A stretch of DNA of 64,000 bases from Pseudomonadota bacterium (GTDB taxonomy: Bacteria > Pseudomonadota > Alphaproteobacteria > Reyranellales > Reyranellaceae), in assembly GCA_049323495.1 (NCBI GenBank), contig JBMONG010000017.1:19227-83226 (forward strand), given 5' to 3'. Below are positions 26,906-36,860 of this stretch, piece after piece. Positions within the stretch are counted from its first letter, which is position 1, and the number at the start of each line of letters is the position of its first letter. The notes under the pieces were generated by a model. That model had not been told where the DNA came from. It did no database searches and worked only from the letters and a program-made list of their open reading frames with translations. The position numbers and the translations under genes are program-made.

Positions 26906-28078
26906 CTACAGACCCATTTGCCGTGCGGCGAGGTCCTTCATGATCTCGACCGAGCCGCCGCCGATGGCCATCACCTTGGTCTCGCGATAGATGCGCTCGA
27001 CCTTGGCGCCCCGCAGGTAGCCCGCGCCGCCGAAGATCTGCATGGCCTCGTTGGCGCAGAACTCCATGGTCGAAGTGGCCAGGTTCTTGAGCATGCAGAT
27101 CTCCGCCACCGGCTTCTCGCCCTGCCCCACGCGCCAGGCCAGCAGCTCCAGCGTCGACCGGGCGGCGTTGACGCGCATCGCCATGTCGACCAGGCGATGG
27201 CGCACCACCTGGTTGGCGATCAGGGGCTTGCCGAAAGTGTGCCGCTCACGCGCATAGGCGATCGCCTCGTCGAGGCAGACCTTGGCGTAGCCGACCGCGC
27301 CGGCCGCAAGGCCCAGCCGCTCCTGGTTGAAGTTCAGCATGATGCCGATGAAGCCCTTGTTCTCGATGCCGATCAGGTTCTCCACGGGTACGCGCACGTC
27401 GTCGAAGAACAGCTGGGCGGTGTCCGACGCCCACCAGCCCATCTTCTTCAGCTTGGTGCGACCGAAACCTTCCCGGTCGCGCTCGATCAGCAGCAGCGAC
27501 ACGCCGCCGGCACCTGGGCCGCCGGTGCGCACCGCCACCGTGTAGTAGTCGGCGCGCATGCCCGACGTGATGAACATCTTCGAGCCGTTGACGACATAGT
27601 GATCGCCCTCGCGCCGGGCCGTGGTCCTGAGGTTGGCGACATCGGAGCCGCCCGACGGCTCGGTGATGGCAAGCGCGCTGATCTTTTCGCCGGCCAGCAC
27701 TTCCGGCAGCACCTTCCGCTTCATCCACTCGGGCCCAAGGGCGGCGATAGGCGGCGCCCCGATCGTGTGGCTGTTCAGGCTGGCGTTCACGCCGCCGCTG
27801 CCGTGGCGGGCCATCTCCTCGGCCTTGATGATGCCGAAGAAGGGATCCGTCGGGACGCCGCCGTATTCCTCGGGAAAGCCGAGCTGCAGCAGGCCGGCGG
27901 ACGCGGCCTTACGGTACAGCTCACGCGGGAATTCCTCCGCCTCGTCCCACTCATCCACATGGGGCATGATCTCCCGCTCCACGAAACGACGCACGGTGCC
28001 GCGGAACGCCTCATGCTCCTCCGAATAGAAGGGAGACGGCGTTCCGATGAGCGAAGCGGATTCGGCGGCAAGCGACAT
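26906..28078 (-). CDS. acyl-CoA dehydrogenase
   Basis: 390 aa. The ACAD N-terminal, middle and C-terminal regions are all recognisable (ALAITEPSGGSDV, FITSG, QIFGGAGY..ERIYRE). Confidence 0.9.
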   Translation of the reverse strand: MSLAAESASLIGTPSPFYSEEHEAFRGTVRRFVEREIMPHVDEWDEAEEFPRELYRKAASAGLLQLGFPEEYGGVPTDPFFGIIKAEEMARHGSGGVNASLNSHTIGAPPIAALGPEWMKRKVLPEVLAGEKISALAITEPSGGSDVANLRTTARREGDHYVVNGSKMFITSGMRADYYTVAVRTGGPGAGGVSLLLIERDREGFGRTKLKKMGWWASDTAQLFFDDVRVPVENLIGIENKGFIGIMLNFNQERLGLAAGAVGYAKVCLDEAIAYARERHTFGKPLIANQVVRHRLVDMAMRVNAARSTLELLAWRVGQGEKPVAEICMLKNLATSTMEFCANEAMQIFGGAGYLRGAKVERIYRETKVMAIGGGSVEIMKDLAARQMGL

Positions 28079-28243
28079 GACATTCCCCGCTGTCGAACGA
28101 GCAAGCGCCCACAGTAGCGCGTGCGGAACTGAATTTCATTGACCGCAGAAACGGGCGCATGTTCTATGGCGCCTGCGTCACCAATCGCCAAGAAACGACG
28201 AAATTTCGGGCCGCAGAGCGCGACCGGAGCACAGGGTAGGAGA

Positions 28244-29119
28244 ATGCTCGACTTCATCCAGCAGCTGGTGAGCGGCATTGCGCTCGGCTGCGTCTACGGG
28301 CTCATCGCGCTGGGCTTCGTCCTCATCTACAAGGCGACCGAGGTCGTGAACTTCGCCCAGGGCGACCTGATGATGCTGGGCGGATTCTTCGTGTTCACCT
28401 TCATCGGCCTGCTGGGGCTCGACTACTGGCTGGGGTTCCTGTTCGCCGTCTGCGGCATGGCCGTGTTCGGCATGGCCACAGAACGCATCCTGGTGCGGCC
28501 GATCCTCGGCTATCCGCAGTTCTCCATCGTCATGGCGACGATCGGCCTGGGCTATTTCCTGCGCTCGGTGGCGGGCATGATCTGGGGCACCGACGATCTC
28601 AAGATCGAGACCCCCTTCTCCGCCGGCGTCGTCAAGCTGGGCGAGCTGGTGCTGGCCTATGACAAGCTGTCGGTGATCGTCGCGACCGTCATCCTGTGCG
28701 GCGTCCTCTACGCCTTCTTCAACTACACGCGCATGGGCACCGCCATGCGGGCCACCTCCGAGAACATGCTGGCTGCCTACTACATGGGCATCCCGGTGAA
28801 GCGCGTGGTGTCGCTGATCTGGGCGATCAGCGCGGCCGTCGCCGCCTGCGCCGGCGTGCTGCTCGCTCCCATCACCTTCATCCATTCGAATGTCGGCCTG
28901 GCGCTCGGCCTGAAGGCCTTCCCGGCGGCCGTGCTGGGCGGGTTCGGCTCCATTCCCGGCGCGTTGGTCGGCGGCCTGATCATCGGCGTCATCGAGACCC
29001 TGGCCGGCTTCTACCTGCCGCAGGGCTGGAAGGACGTCATGCCCTACATCGTCCTGCTGGCCGTCCTGCTGATCCGGCCCCAGGGACTGTTCGGCGTCAG
29101 CATGCGCAAGAAGGTCTGA
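28244..29119 (+). CDS. livH: branched-chain amino acid-type ABC permease (LivH family)
   Basis: ATG at 28244 is preceded by AGGAGA. The N-terminus MLDFIQQLVSGIALGCVYGLIALGFVLIY is typical of LivH. Confidence 0.85.
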   Translation: MLDFIQQLVSGIALGCVYGLIALGFVLIYKATEVVNFAQGDLMMLGGFFVFTFIGLLGLDYWLGFLFAVCGMAVFGMATERILVRPILGYPQFSIVMATIGLGYFLRSVAGMIWGTDDLKIETPFSAGVVKLGELVLAYDKLSVIVATVILCGVLYAFFNYTRMGTAMRATSENMLAAYYMGIPVKRVVSLIWAISAAVAACAGVLLAPITFIHSNVGLALGLKAFPAAVLGGFGSIPGALVGGLIIGVIETLAGFYLPQGWKDVMPYIVLLAVLLIRPQGLFGVSMRKKV

Positions 29120-29123
29120 GCCC

Positions 29124-30275
29124 ATGCGCTTCATCTTCAAGACCGACTACGACCAGGATATCCGCATCCTGAAGCACGGCGGCTACTGGTGGTCGTACGG
29201 CATCCTCCTGGCCGTGCTGATCGCCGCGCCCTTCGTCATCGGCAGCTACCTGCAGAGCCAGATGGTGTTCGTGTTCATCTACGCCATCGTCGGGGTGGCG
29301 CTGATGATCCTCACCGGCTTCACCGGCCAGGCCTCGCTGGGACACGCTGCATTCCTGGCCATCGGCGCCTATACCGGCGCGTACCTGCAGAACCTGGGGG
29401 TGCCGTTCGTCGTGTACTTCCCCGTCGCGGCGATCCTCACCGGCGTGGTCGGCGCCATGGTCGGCTTTCCGGCGCTGAGGCTCACCGGCATCTATCTCGT
29501 GATCGCCACCATCGCCTTCGCGTTCATCGTCGAGGAGATCATGGCGCGCTGGGAGTCGGTGACCCATGGCAACGAGGGCATGCGGGTGCGGACCCTCGAG
29601 CTCTTCGGAATGCCGCTGTCGCGAGACGGCGAGGCCTTCTACTTCCTGTGCCTGGCCGTCCTCGTCGGCTCGATCCTGCTGGCGCTCAACCTGCTGCGCT
29701 CGCCGACCGGGCGCGCCTTCATCGCCATCCGCGACAGCGAGACGGCCGGCAAGAGCATGGGCATCGACCTCGCCGCCTACAAGGTGAAGTCGTTCGCCAT
29801 CAGCGCGGCCATCACCGGTCTGGCGGGCGTCCTGTTCGCCCACAAGATGACCTTCATCAGCCCCGAGATGTTCACCCTGCTGCTCTCGATCGAGTTCATC
29901 ATGGTGATCATCATCGGCGGTGCCTTCGGCGTGCACGGCGCGGTGTTCGGCGCGATCTTCATCGTCATGGTCGACCCGTTCCTGACGACGCTGAAGGACG
30001 ACGTGCCGGTAGCCGTCGCGAACGTCGCGCATTCCTTCGGCATGGCCCAGGATGCCGCCGGTGACCTGCGCGACAGGCTGAGCGCCATCGCCTCGGCCGC
30101 CGGGCTCAAGGGCGCGATCTACGGCCTCATCATCATGATGTTCATCCTGTTCGAGCCCTACGGGCTGTACGGACGATGGCTCAAGGTGAAGCTCTTCTTC
30201 CAGCTCTTCCCGCTCTACAAGCGTGCCACCTTCAAGCGCCAGAAGACCTACGTGAAGTCGGAGCGCAACCGATGA
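29124..30275 (+). CDS. livM: branched-chain amino acid-type ABC permease (LivM family)
   Basis: 383 aa multi-TM protein with the LivM motif GQASLGHAAFLAIGAY. Confidence 0.85.
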   Translation: MRFIFKTDYDQDIRILKHGGYWWSYGILLAVLIAAPFVIGSYLQSQMVFVFIYAIVGVALMILTGFTGQASLGHAAFLAIGAYTGAYLQNLGVPFVVYFPVAAILTGVVGAMVGFPALRLTGIYLVIATIAFAFIVEEIMARWESVTHGNEGMRVRTLELFGMPLSRDGEAFYFLCLAVLVGSILLALNLLRSPTGRAFIAIRDSETAGKSMGIDLAAYKVKSFAISAAITGLAGVLFAHKMTFISPEMFTLLLSIEFIMVIIIGGAFGVHGAVFGAIFIVMVDPFLTTLKDDVPVAVANVAHSFGMAQDAAGDLRDRLSAIASAAGLKGAIYGLIIMMFILFEPYGLYGRWLKVKLFFQLFPLYKRATFKRQKTYVKSERNR

Positions 30276-31030
30276 ACTTCTTCACGGTGGACCAGATCTC
30301 CTTGCAGTTCGGCGGCCTCAAGGCCGTGGACAGCGTGAGCTTCGCGGTCTCGAAAGGCGAGATCTTCACCATCATCGGCCCGAACGGCGCCGGCAAGACC
30401 TCGATCTTCAACCTGATCTCGCGGCTCTACAATCCCACCTCGGGCAAGCTGTTCTTCGAGGGCCGCGACATCACCGAGGTGCCGCCGCACCAGATCGCCA
30501 AGCTGGGCATCGCCCGCACCTTCCAGAACATCGAGCTGTTCGAGAACGCCACCATGCTGGCCAACCTGCTGGTCGGCCGCCATTGCCACGCCACGACCGC
30601 GCTGTGGCAGGACATGCTGTTCACCCCGGGCGTGCGCCGTGCCGAGAAGGAGCATCGCTTCAAGGTCGAGGAGGTCATCGAGTTCCTCGACCTGCAGGCC
30701 TATCGCGAGAAGCTGATCGCCGGCCTGCCCTACGGCGTGCGCAAGGTGATCGAGGTGGCGCGCGCCCTGTGCTCGGAGCCGAAGCTCATCCTGCTCGATG
30801 AACCCTCCTCAGGTCTGAACGTCGAGGAGACGGACGACATGTCGTTCTGGATCCGCGACATCCGCAGCGACCTCGGCGTCACGGTCCTGATGGTCGAGCA
30901 CGACATGTCGCTGGTGAACCGCGTGTCGGACCGGGTGCTGGCGCTGAACTACGGCCGCGTTCTGGCGATCGGCACGCCGGCCGAGGTGCAAGCCCATCCC
31001 GACGTTGTCGCCGCCTATCTCGGCGCGTGA
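30272..31030 (+). CDS. livG: ABC ATP-binding protein (LivG family)
   Basis: ATG at 30272 overlaps the livM stop (ATGA). Walker A GPNGAGKTS, then LPYGVRKVIEVARAL, then LILLDEPSSGLN. Confidence 0.9.
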   Translation: MNFFTVDQISLQFGGLKAVDSVSFAVSKGEIFTIIGPNGAGKTSIFNLISRLYNPTSGKLFFEGRDITEVPPHQIAKLGIARTFQNIELFENATMLANLLVGRHCHATTALWQDMLFTPGVRRAEKEHRFKVEEVIEFLDLQAYREKLIAGLPYGVRKVIEVARALCSEPKLILLDEPSSGLNVEETDDMSFWIRDIRSDLGVTVLMVEHDMSLVNRVSDRVLALNYGRVLAIGTPAEVQAHPDVVAAYLGA

Positions 31031-31041
31031 GCGGAGCGAGC

Positions 31042-31818
31042 ATGAGCGACGATACGATCCTCAAGGTCTCCAACATCGAGAGCTACTACGGCCCGATCAT
31101 GGCGATCCGCGGCGTCAGCCTCTCGGTGCCGCGCGGCAGCATCATCACCGTGCTGGGCGCCAATGGCGCCGGCAAGACCACGATCCTGAAGACGATCTCG
31201 GGCGTTCTGGACCCGCAGAAGGGTGCGATCGAGTTCGAGGGCAGGCCCATCCAGCGCATGGACCCCGACAGGATCGTCCGCCTGGGTCTCAGCCACGTCC
31301 CCGAGGGCCGCGAGGTCTTCCCCTTCCTGTCCGTGCGCGAGAACCTCGCGATGGGCGCCTTCCTGCGCACCGACAAGGATGGCGTGGCCCAGGACCTGGA
31401 ACGCATCTTCGGCTACTTCCCACGCCTGCGCGAGCGCATGGAGCAGCCCGCCGGCTCGCTGTCCGGCGGCGAGCAGCAGATGCTGGCGATCAGCCGGGCC
31501 CTGATGAACCGGCCCAAGCTGCTGCTGCTGGACGAGCCGTCCCTCGGCCTGTCGCCGTTGCTGGTCAAGGAGATCTTCGCCATCATCAAGCGCGTCAATG
31601 CCGAGCAGGGCGTATCGATCCTGCTGGTGGAGCAGAACGCGAAGATGGCGCTGGAGACGGCGCATTACGGCTACGTCCTCGAGGTCGGCCGTGTCGTCAT
31701 GGACGACACCTGCGAACGGCTGATGGCCAGCAAGGACATCCAGGAATTCTACCTCGGGGCAAAGGAAGAGAGCGCGCGCGGCGAACGCCGCTGGAAGCGC
31801 AAGAAGACGTGGCGCTGA
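31042..31818 (+). CDS. livF: ABC ATP-binding protein (LivF family)
   Basis: Walker A GANGAGKTT, signature LSGGEQQMLAI, Walker B LLLLDEPSLGL. An alternative GTG start at 31027 would overlap the livG stop. Confidence 0.9.
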   Translation: MSDDTILKVSNIESYYGPIMAIRGVSLSVPRGSIITVLGANGAGKTTILKTISGVLDPQKGAIEFEGRPIQRMDPDRIVRLGLSHVPEGREVFPFLSVRENLAMGAFLRTDKDGVAQDLERIFGYFPRLRERMEQPAGSLSGGEQQMLAISRALMNRPKLLLLDEPSLGLSPLLVKEIFAIIKRVNAEQGVSILLVEQNAKMALETAHYGYVLEVGRVVMDDTCERLMASKDIQEFYLGAKEESARGERRWKRKKTWR

Positions 31819-31849
31819 AACGAAGGCGCTGATCGGGAGGCGAGCGACC

Positions 31850-33694
31850 ATGGCGACGAAAGCAACGCTGACGGTGGCCGAGACGCTGTCCAAGAGCTTC
31901 GTGCTGTCTTGCAGGACACGCGGCGAGAAGCCGGCCATGCGCGAGAAGCTCTACGGCATCTGGAACGCCATCAGCTGGAGCCAGTGGCTGGACCGCTCGC
32001 GCGCCGTCACCTACGCCCTGCATGAGATGGGATTCCGGCCAGGCGACGTCGCGTCGGTGCTGGCCAACACGGTGCCGGAATGGAACTACGCGGATTTCGG
32101 CATCCTCTGCGCCGGCGGCGTGTCCTCGGGCATCTATCCCACCGATTCGCCCAAGCAGGTCGAGTACCTGCTGAACGATTCGCGCACCGTGGTGCTGTTC
32201 GTCGAGGACGACGAGCAGCTCGACAAGGCGCTCGAGGTGCGCGAGCGCTGCCCCACCCTGAAGAAGATCGTGGTCTTCGACATGGAGGGCCTCACCACCT
32301 TCAGCGACCCCATGGTGGTCTCCCTCGACGAGTTCACGGCGATCGGCCACAACTATGCCCAGGGCCGCGAGGGCCTGTTCGACGAGCTGGTCGCCTCGCG
32401 CGGCCCCGACGACCTCGCCATCCTGGTCTACACGTCGGGCACGACCGGGCCGCCCAAGGGCGCCATGCACAGCCATCGCAACGTCGTGGCGCAGATGCAG
32501 AACTGCATGCATCCGGACCTGTCGCTGTCGTGGTGCGAGGGCGACGAGCGGCTGGCCTTCCTGCCGCTCTGCCACGTCGCCGAGCGCGTGGCGGGCAGCT
32601 ACTACTCGGTGGCGACGGGCGTGTGCAGCAACTTCGCCGAGAGCCCGGAGACGGTCCCGGACAACATCCGGGAGGTGCAGCCGACGCTGTTCGGCGCCGT
32701 GCCGCGGGTGTGGGAGAAGTTCTACTCCGGCATCATGATCGCGCTGAAGGACGCCACGCCGGTGCAGCAGTGGGCGTACAGGAAGGCGATCGAGGCCGGG
32801 TTCGCGATCGCCGACGCCCGCATCGCGCGGCGTGCCCCCTCCGCTTTCGAGAAGCTGAGATTCCAGGCGGCCTACTGGCTGGTGCTCCGGAACGTGCGCA
32901 AGATGATCGGTCTGGACCGCTGCCGCTGGCTGTTCACCGGTGCCGCGCCGATCGCGCCCGAACTGATCCGCTGGTACCTGGCGCTCGGGCTCGACATGTA
33001 CGAGGTCTACGGCCAGACGGAGAATTGCGGACTGGCTACGGCGATGCCGGCCGACGCCATCAAGCTCGGCACGGTCGGCAAGCCCGTGCCCTACGGGCAG
33101 GTGGCGATCTCGCCGCTGGGCGAGATCCTGATCAAGGGCGACTTCGTGTTCATGGGCTACCTCAACCAGCCGGAGAAGACGGCGGAGACGCTCGACAAGG
33201 AGGGCTGGCTCCATACCGGCGATGTCGGGCTGATCGACAACGAAGGCTACGTGAAGATCACCGACCGCATGAAGGACATCATCATCACGGCGGGCGGCAA
33301 GAACATCACGCCCTCGGAGATCGAGAACCAGCTCAAGTTCTCCCCCTATATCAGCGACGCCGTGGTGATCGGCGACCGGCGGCCCTACCTCACCTGCCTT
33401 ATCATGATCGAGCGGGAGACGGTGGAGAAGTTCGCGCAGGACCGCGACGTGCCGTTCACCAACTATACCAGCCTGTGCCGTGCCAAGGAGGTGCAGGACC
33501 TGATCTGGGAAGAGATCGAGAAGGTGAACGCCAACTTCGCGCGCGTCGAGACCATCAAGCGCTTCTACCTGATCGAGCAGCAGCTCACGCCTGAGGACGA
33601 GGAGCTGACGCCGACCATGAAGCTCAAGCGCAGCTTCGTGAACAAGAAGTACAAGGACGAGATCGACGCGATGTATCGCGCGCAGGCAGCGTAG
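31850..33694 (+). CDS. long-chain-fatty-acid--CoA ligase (AMP-binding)
   Basis: 614 aa with LVYTSGTTGPPKGAMHSH, YGQTE, GWLHTGDVG..DRMKDIIITAGGKNITP and PTMKLKR. Confidence 0.85.
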   Translation: MATKATLTVAETLSKSFVLSCRTRGEKPAMREKLYGIWNAISWSQWLDRSRAVTYALHEMGFRPGDVASVLANTVPEWNYADFGILCAGGVSSGIYPTDSPKQVEYLLNDSRTVVLFVEDDEQLDKALEVRERCPTLKKIVVFDMEGLTTFSDPMVVSLDEFTAIGHNYAQGREGLFDELVASRGPDDLAILVYTSGTTGPPKGAMHSHRNVVAQMQNCMHPDLSLSWCEGDERLAFLPLCHVAERVAGSYYSVATGVCSNFAESPETVPDNIREVQPTLFGAVPRVWEKFYSGIMIALKDATPVQQWAYRKAIEAGFAIADARIARRAPSAFEKLRFQAAYWLVLRNVRKMIGLDRCRWLFTGAAPIAPELIRWYLALGLDMYEVYGQTENCGLATAMPADAIKLGTVGKPVPYGQVAISPLGEILIKGDFVFMGYLNQPEKTAETLDKEGWLHTGDVGLIDNEGYVKITDRMKDIIITAGGKNITPSEIENQLKFSPYISDAVVIGDRRPYLTCLIMIERETVEKFAQDRDVPFTNYTSLCRAKEVQDLIWEEIEKVNANFARVETIKRFYLIEQQLTPEDEELTPTMKLKRSFVNKKYKDEIDAMYRAQAA

Positions 33695-33764
33695 CGCACC
33701 GCCCTGTCTGTGCCGGAGGCGTAAAGGAGTCCAGTCAGCGTCACGTAGTGGAGGAAGTAGAGTC

Positions 33765-34964
33765 ATGCAGTGGTTCAAGGTAGGCGCCGCCGTCCTGGGC
33801 GGCGCGCTCGTCGCGGCCCCGTTGGCCTCGGCCCAGGACGTCAAGGTCACCAATCAGGGCATCACGCCAACCGAGATCGTGCTCGGCACCCATCAGGACC
33901 TGTCGGGCCCGATCAAGTCGTGGGGCGTGCCCGTGCTCAACGGCATGAAGTTGGCCGTCGAGGAGATCAACGCGGCCGGCGGCATCTACGGCCGCAAGAT
34001 CAAGCTGGTCGTCGAGGATTCGGGCTACGATCCCAAGCGCGCCGTTCTCGCGACGCAGAAGCTGGTCGAGCGCGACAAGATCTTCGCCATGCTGGCCCCG
34101 CTGGGCTCGCCGACCGTGCTGGCGGCGCAGGACATCCTGCTGGAGGCCGGCATCCCGCAGCTCTTTCCGGTGACCTCGGCCGAGTTCACCTACAAGATGG
34201 AGGCCGGCAAGCCTCAGGAGCGGCTGAAGTTCAACAATGTGCCGCCCTATACCGAGAGCGTGCGCGCCGGTGCGCGCCACCTGATGCAGGAGAAGGGCCT
34301 CAAGAAGCCCTGCGTCCTGTACCAGGACGACGAGTTCGGCAAGAACGTGCTCGATGGCTTCAAGGAGGCCGTCGCCGACGTCAAGCTGAAGCCGGTCGCG
34401 ATCACCAGCTACAAGCGCGGCGCCTCGGACTTCAGCTCGCAGGTCGCCAAGCTGAAGTCGGAAGGCTGTGACTTCGTCGTGCTGGGCACCATCGTGCGCG
34501 AGACCGTGGGCGCCATCGCGGACGCCAAGAAGATCGGCTTCAATCCGCTGTGGTTCGGCAGCACGGCGGCCAACGTCGTCGAGGTGCCGCTGCTGGGCAA
34601 GGACGTCGTCGAGGGCTTCTATGCCGTCGGCGGCATGGAGATCCCCTACCGCGACACCGCGAAGGGCAAGGCCAAGGAGTGGGCCGAGCTCTATTTCAAG
34701 ACCTACGGCACCGAGCCCAACACCCAGGCCGCTCTGGGCTACAACGAGGTCATGACCTTCGCCCACTACGCCAAGCTGGCGGGCAAGGATCTGACGGGCA
34801 AGAAGTTCCTCGACGCGATGGAATCGGGCGACGTCTTCCAGGACATCTTCAACTCGCCGCCCGTCAAGTTCTCCAAGACCAACCACCTGTCGGCCACGGT
34901 GTTCCTGCTGCAGCAGGTCAAGGACGGCCGCTGGGTCGTGCTGAAGCGCGACCTGACCAACTGA
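33765..34964 (+). CDS. ABC substrate-binding protein (LivK/type-1 periplasmic binding fold)
   Basis: Signal peptide followed by GITPTEIVLGTHQDLSGPI..AVEEINAAGGIYGRKIKLVVED, a typical Leu/Ile/Val-binding-family pattern. Confidence 0.85.
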   Translation: MQWFKVGAAVLGGALVAAPLASAQDVKVTNQGITPTEIVLGTHQDLSGPIKSWGVPVLNGMKLAVEEINAAGGIYGRKIKLVVEDSGYDPKRAVLATQKLVERDKIFAMLAPLGSPTVLAAQDILLEAGIPQLFPVTSAEFTYKMEAGKPQERLKFNNVPPYTESVRAGARHLMQEKGLKKPCVLYQDDEFGKNVLDGFKEAVADVKLKPVAITSYKRGASDFSSQVAKLKSEGCDFVVLGTIVRETVGAIADAKKIGFNPLWFGSTAANVVEVPLLGKDVVEGFYAVGGMEIPYRDTAKGKAKEWAELYFKTYGTEPNTQAALGYNEVMTFAHYAKLAGKDLTGKKFLDAMESGDVFQDIFNSPPVKFSKTNHLSATVFLLQQVKDGRWVVLKRDLTN

Positions 34965-34989
34965 TCCTTCCGTCCCCGGACGGCACGAA

Positions 34990-35018
34990 GGGCCCGGACG
35001 CCGTCCGGGCCCTTTTTT
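34990..35018 (+). terminator. intrinsic terminator
   Basis: GGGCCCGGACG/CGTCCGGGCCC stem followed by TTTTTT. Confidence 0.75.
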
Positions 35019-35158
35019 ATTGCGTCGCGGAAGGGCTCGTTTCGCTGTGTACATCGCCGCCGGACCTGCTTTAATCGGCGGCAAGTCGCCCCAGGCGACA
35101 CGGACGGGTCGGCGCCACCCGTCGGTACAAGAATGGCGCTGCAGTGGAGGAAACATTC

Positions 35159-36358
35159 ATGACGACGAAGCGATTCGCCGCGACGGCTCTTGCCGCCGCG
35201 GCTGCGCTGGCGACAGTGCCGGCGCTGGCCCAGACCAAGGTCACGAACCAGGGAATCACACCCACCGAGATCGTGATCGGCACGCACCAGGACCTCAGCG
35301 GTCCCATCAAGGTGTGGGGCGTGCCCGTGCTCAACGGCATGAAGCTGGCCGTCGAGGAGATCAACGCCAAGGGCGGCATCCATGGCCGCAAGATCCGGCT
35401 CATCGCCGAGGATTCGGCCTACGATCCGAAGAAGGCGGTGCTGGCCAGCCAGAAGATGGTGGAGAAGGACAAGGTCTTCGCCATGATCGGCCCGATGGGT
35501 TCGCCCACCGTGCTGGCGGCACAGGACATCCTGTTCGAGGCCGGCGTGCCGCAGCTCTTCCCGCTGACCGCCGCCGAGTTCACCTACAAGTTCGATGCCA
35601 AGAAGCCGCAGGAACGGCTGAAGTTCAACAATCTGCTGCCCTATGTCGAGAGCACGCGGGCGGCCATCAAGTACATGGTGGACTGGAAGAAGCCCAAGAC
35701 CGTCTGCATCATGTACCAGGACGACGAGTACGGTAAGAACGTCTATGACGGCTTCACCCAGCAGCTCGAGGCGATGAAGATGAAGCCGGGCACCGTCACC
35801 ACCTACAAGCGCGGCGCCTCCGACTTCAGCGCCCAGGCGGCCAAGATGAAGTCCGACGGCTGCGAGATGGTAGTGATGGGCACCGTGATCCGTGAGACCA
35901 TAGGCCTGATGGCCGAGGCCAAGAAGATCGGCTTCCAGCCGATCTGGCTGGGCGCGACGCCGACCAACGTGCTGGAGATCCCCGCGCTCGGCAAGGAGAC
36001 CGTCGAGGGCCTCTACGCCGCCGCGGCCTTCGAGATTCCCTACCGCGACACCGCCAAGGGTGCCGTGAAGGAATGGGCCGACGCCTACTACAAGATGTTC
36101 AACTCCGAGCCGAACACCCAGGCCGTCATCGGCTACAATGCCATGATGACCTTCGCCTTCTACGCCAACCTGGCGGGCAAGGACCTGACCGGCCAGAAGC
36201 TGCTGGACGCGCTCGAGAGCGGCAAGGAGTTCCGCGACATCTTCAACTCGCCGCCGACCAAGTTCTCCAAGACCGACCACCTGGCGACCACCATCACCCA
36301 GGTGCAGGAGGTCAAGAACGGCCGCTGGACGGTGGTGAAGGACGGCCTTTCCTTCTAG
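35159..36358 (+). CDS. ABC substrate-binding protein, tandem paralogue of 33765..34964
   Basis: ATG at 35159 is preceded by GGAGGA. It aligns with the preceding gene along its whole length, at roughly two-thirds identity by eye. Confidence 0.85.
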   Translation: MTTKRFAATALAAAAALATVPALAQTKVTNQGITPTEIVIGTHQDLSGPIKVWGVPVLNGMKLAVEEINAKGGIHGRKIRLIAEDSAYDPKKAVLASQKMVEKDKVFAMIGPMGSPTVLAAQDILFEAGVPQLFPLTAAEFTYKFDAKKPQERLKFNNLLPYVESTRAAIKYMVDWKKPKTVCIMYQDDEYGKNVYDGFTQQLEAMKMKPGTVTTYKRGASDFSAQAAKMKSDGCEMVVMGTVIRETIGLMAEAKKIGFQPIWLGATPTNVLEIPALGKETVEGLYAAAAFEIPYRDTAKGAVKEWADAYYKMFNSEPNTQAVIGYNAMMTFAFYANLAGKDLTGQKLLDALESGKEFRDIFNSPPTKFSKTDHLATTITQVQEVKNGRWTVVKDGLSF

Positions 36359-36384
36359 GCGCCTCGTCCCGACCAACGAAGCTC

Positions 36385-36414
36385 GGCCCGGGTGGGAAAC
36401 CGCCCGGGCCTTTT
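36385..36414 (+). terminator. intrinsic terminator
   Basis: 11-bp stem GGCCCGGGTGG/CCGCCCGGGCC (one G-U pair) with a GAAA tetraloop, followed by TTTT. Confidence 0.7.
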
Positions 36415-36434
36415 CATTGCCGCCAGGAAATGAA

Positions 36435-36797
36435 TCAGCCCGCCGGCGGCGGCGGCACCGTCACCCGGGCGTCCCGCAGCTTCTGCTGCAGCACCGGAAT
36501 GCCGGCCGCGTAGTTGCCGTCCTGGCAGTTGGCGATCGCCACGCGGGCGTCGAGGTCGGCCGCCTCGCCGCCCGTCGGCACGCCGCCCAGATAGCCGCCC
36601 ACGGAGCCGACATACTCGGCATAGGTCTGGCCCAGCGTGGAGCAGTAGGCGCCCGCCTGCGCCGCCGTCATGCCGGCCGGCATCAGCGGCCGCTGCGATC
36701 CCGAGCCGGCCATGCCGCCGCCCTGCCCCGTGGTCTGGCAGGCCGCCACGCCGAGCGCCGCCATTGCCGCCAGGACCCATCCACTGTGCTTCGCCAT
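36435..36797 (-). CDS. hypothetical lipoprotein (Gly/Ala-rich)
   Basis: MAKHSGWVLAAMAALGVAAC contains a lipobox. High GC3. I recognise no domain. Confidence 0.5.
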   Translation of the reverse strand: MAKHSGWVLAAMAALGVAACQTTGQGGGMAGSGSQRPLMPAGMTAAQAGAYCSTLGQTYAEYVGSVGGYLGGVPTGGEAADLDARVAIANCQDGNYAAGIPVLQQKLRDARVTVPPPPAG

Positions 36798-36860
36798 GCG
36801 ATCCTCCCTCCGCGGTGGAGGCTACTGCACTCGCCCGCGGCGGGCTATGGTCACTTCCGC

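Noticed and set aside
28079-28243. Short palindromes (TGAATTTCA, GGCGC..GCGCC) in the ACAD/livH divergent spacer.
   Set aside because: The arms are only 4-5 bp, which is expected by chance, and there is no adjacent regulator gene to tie them to.
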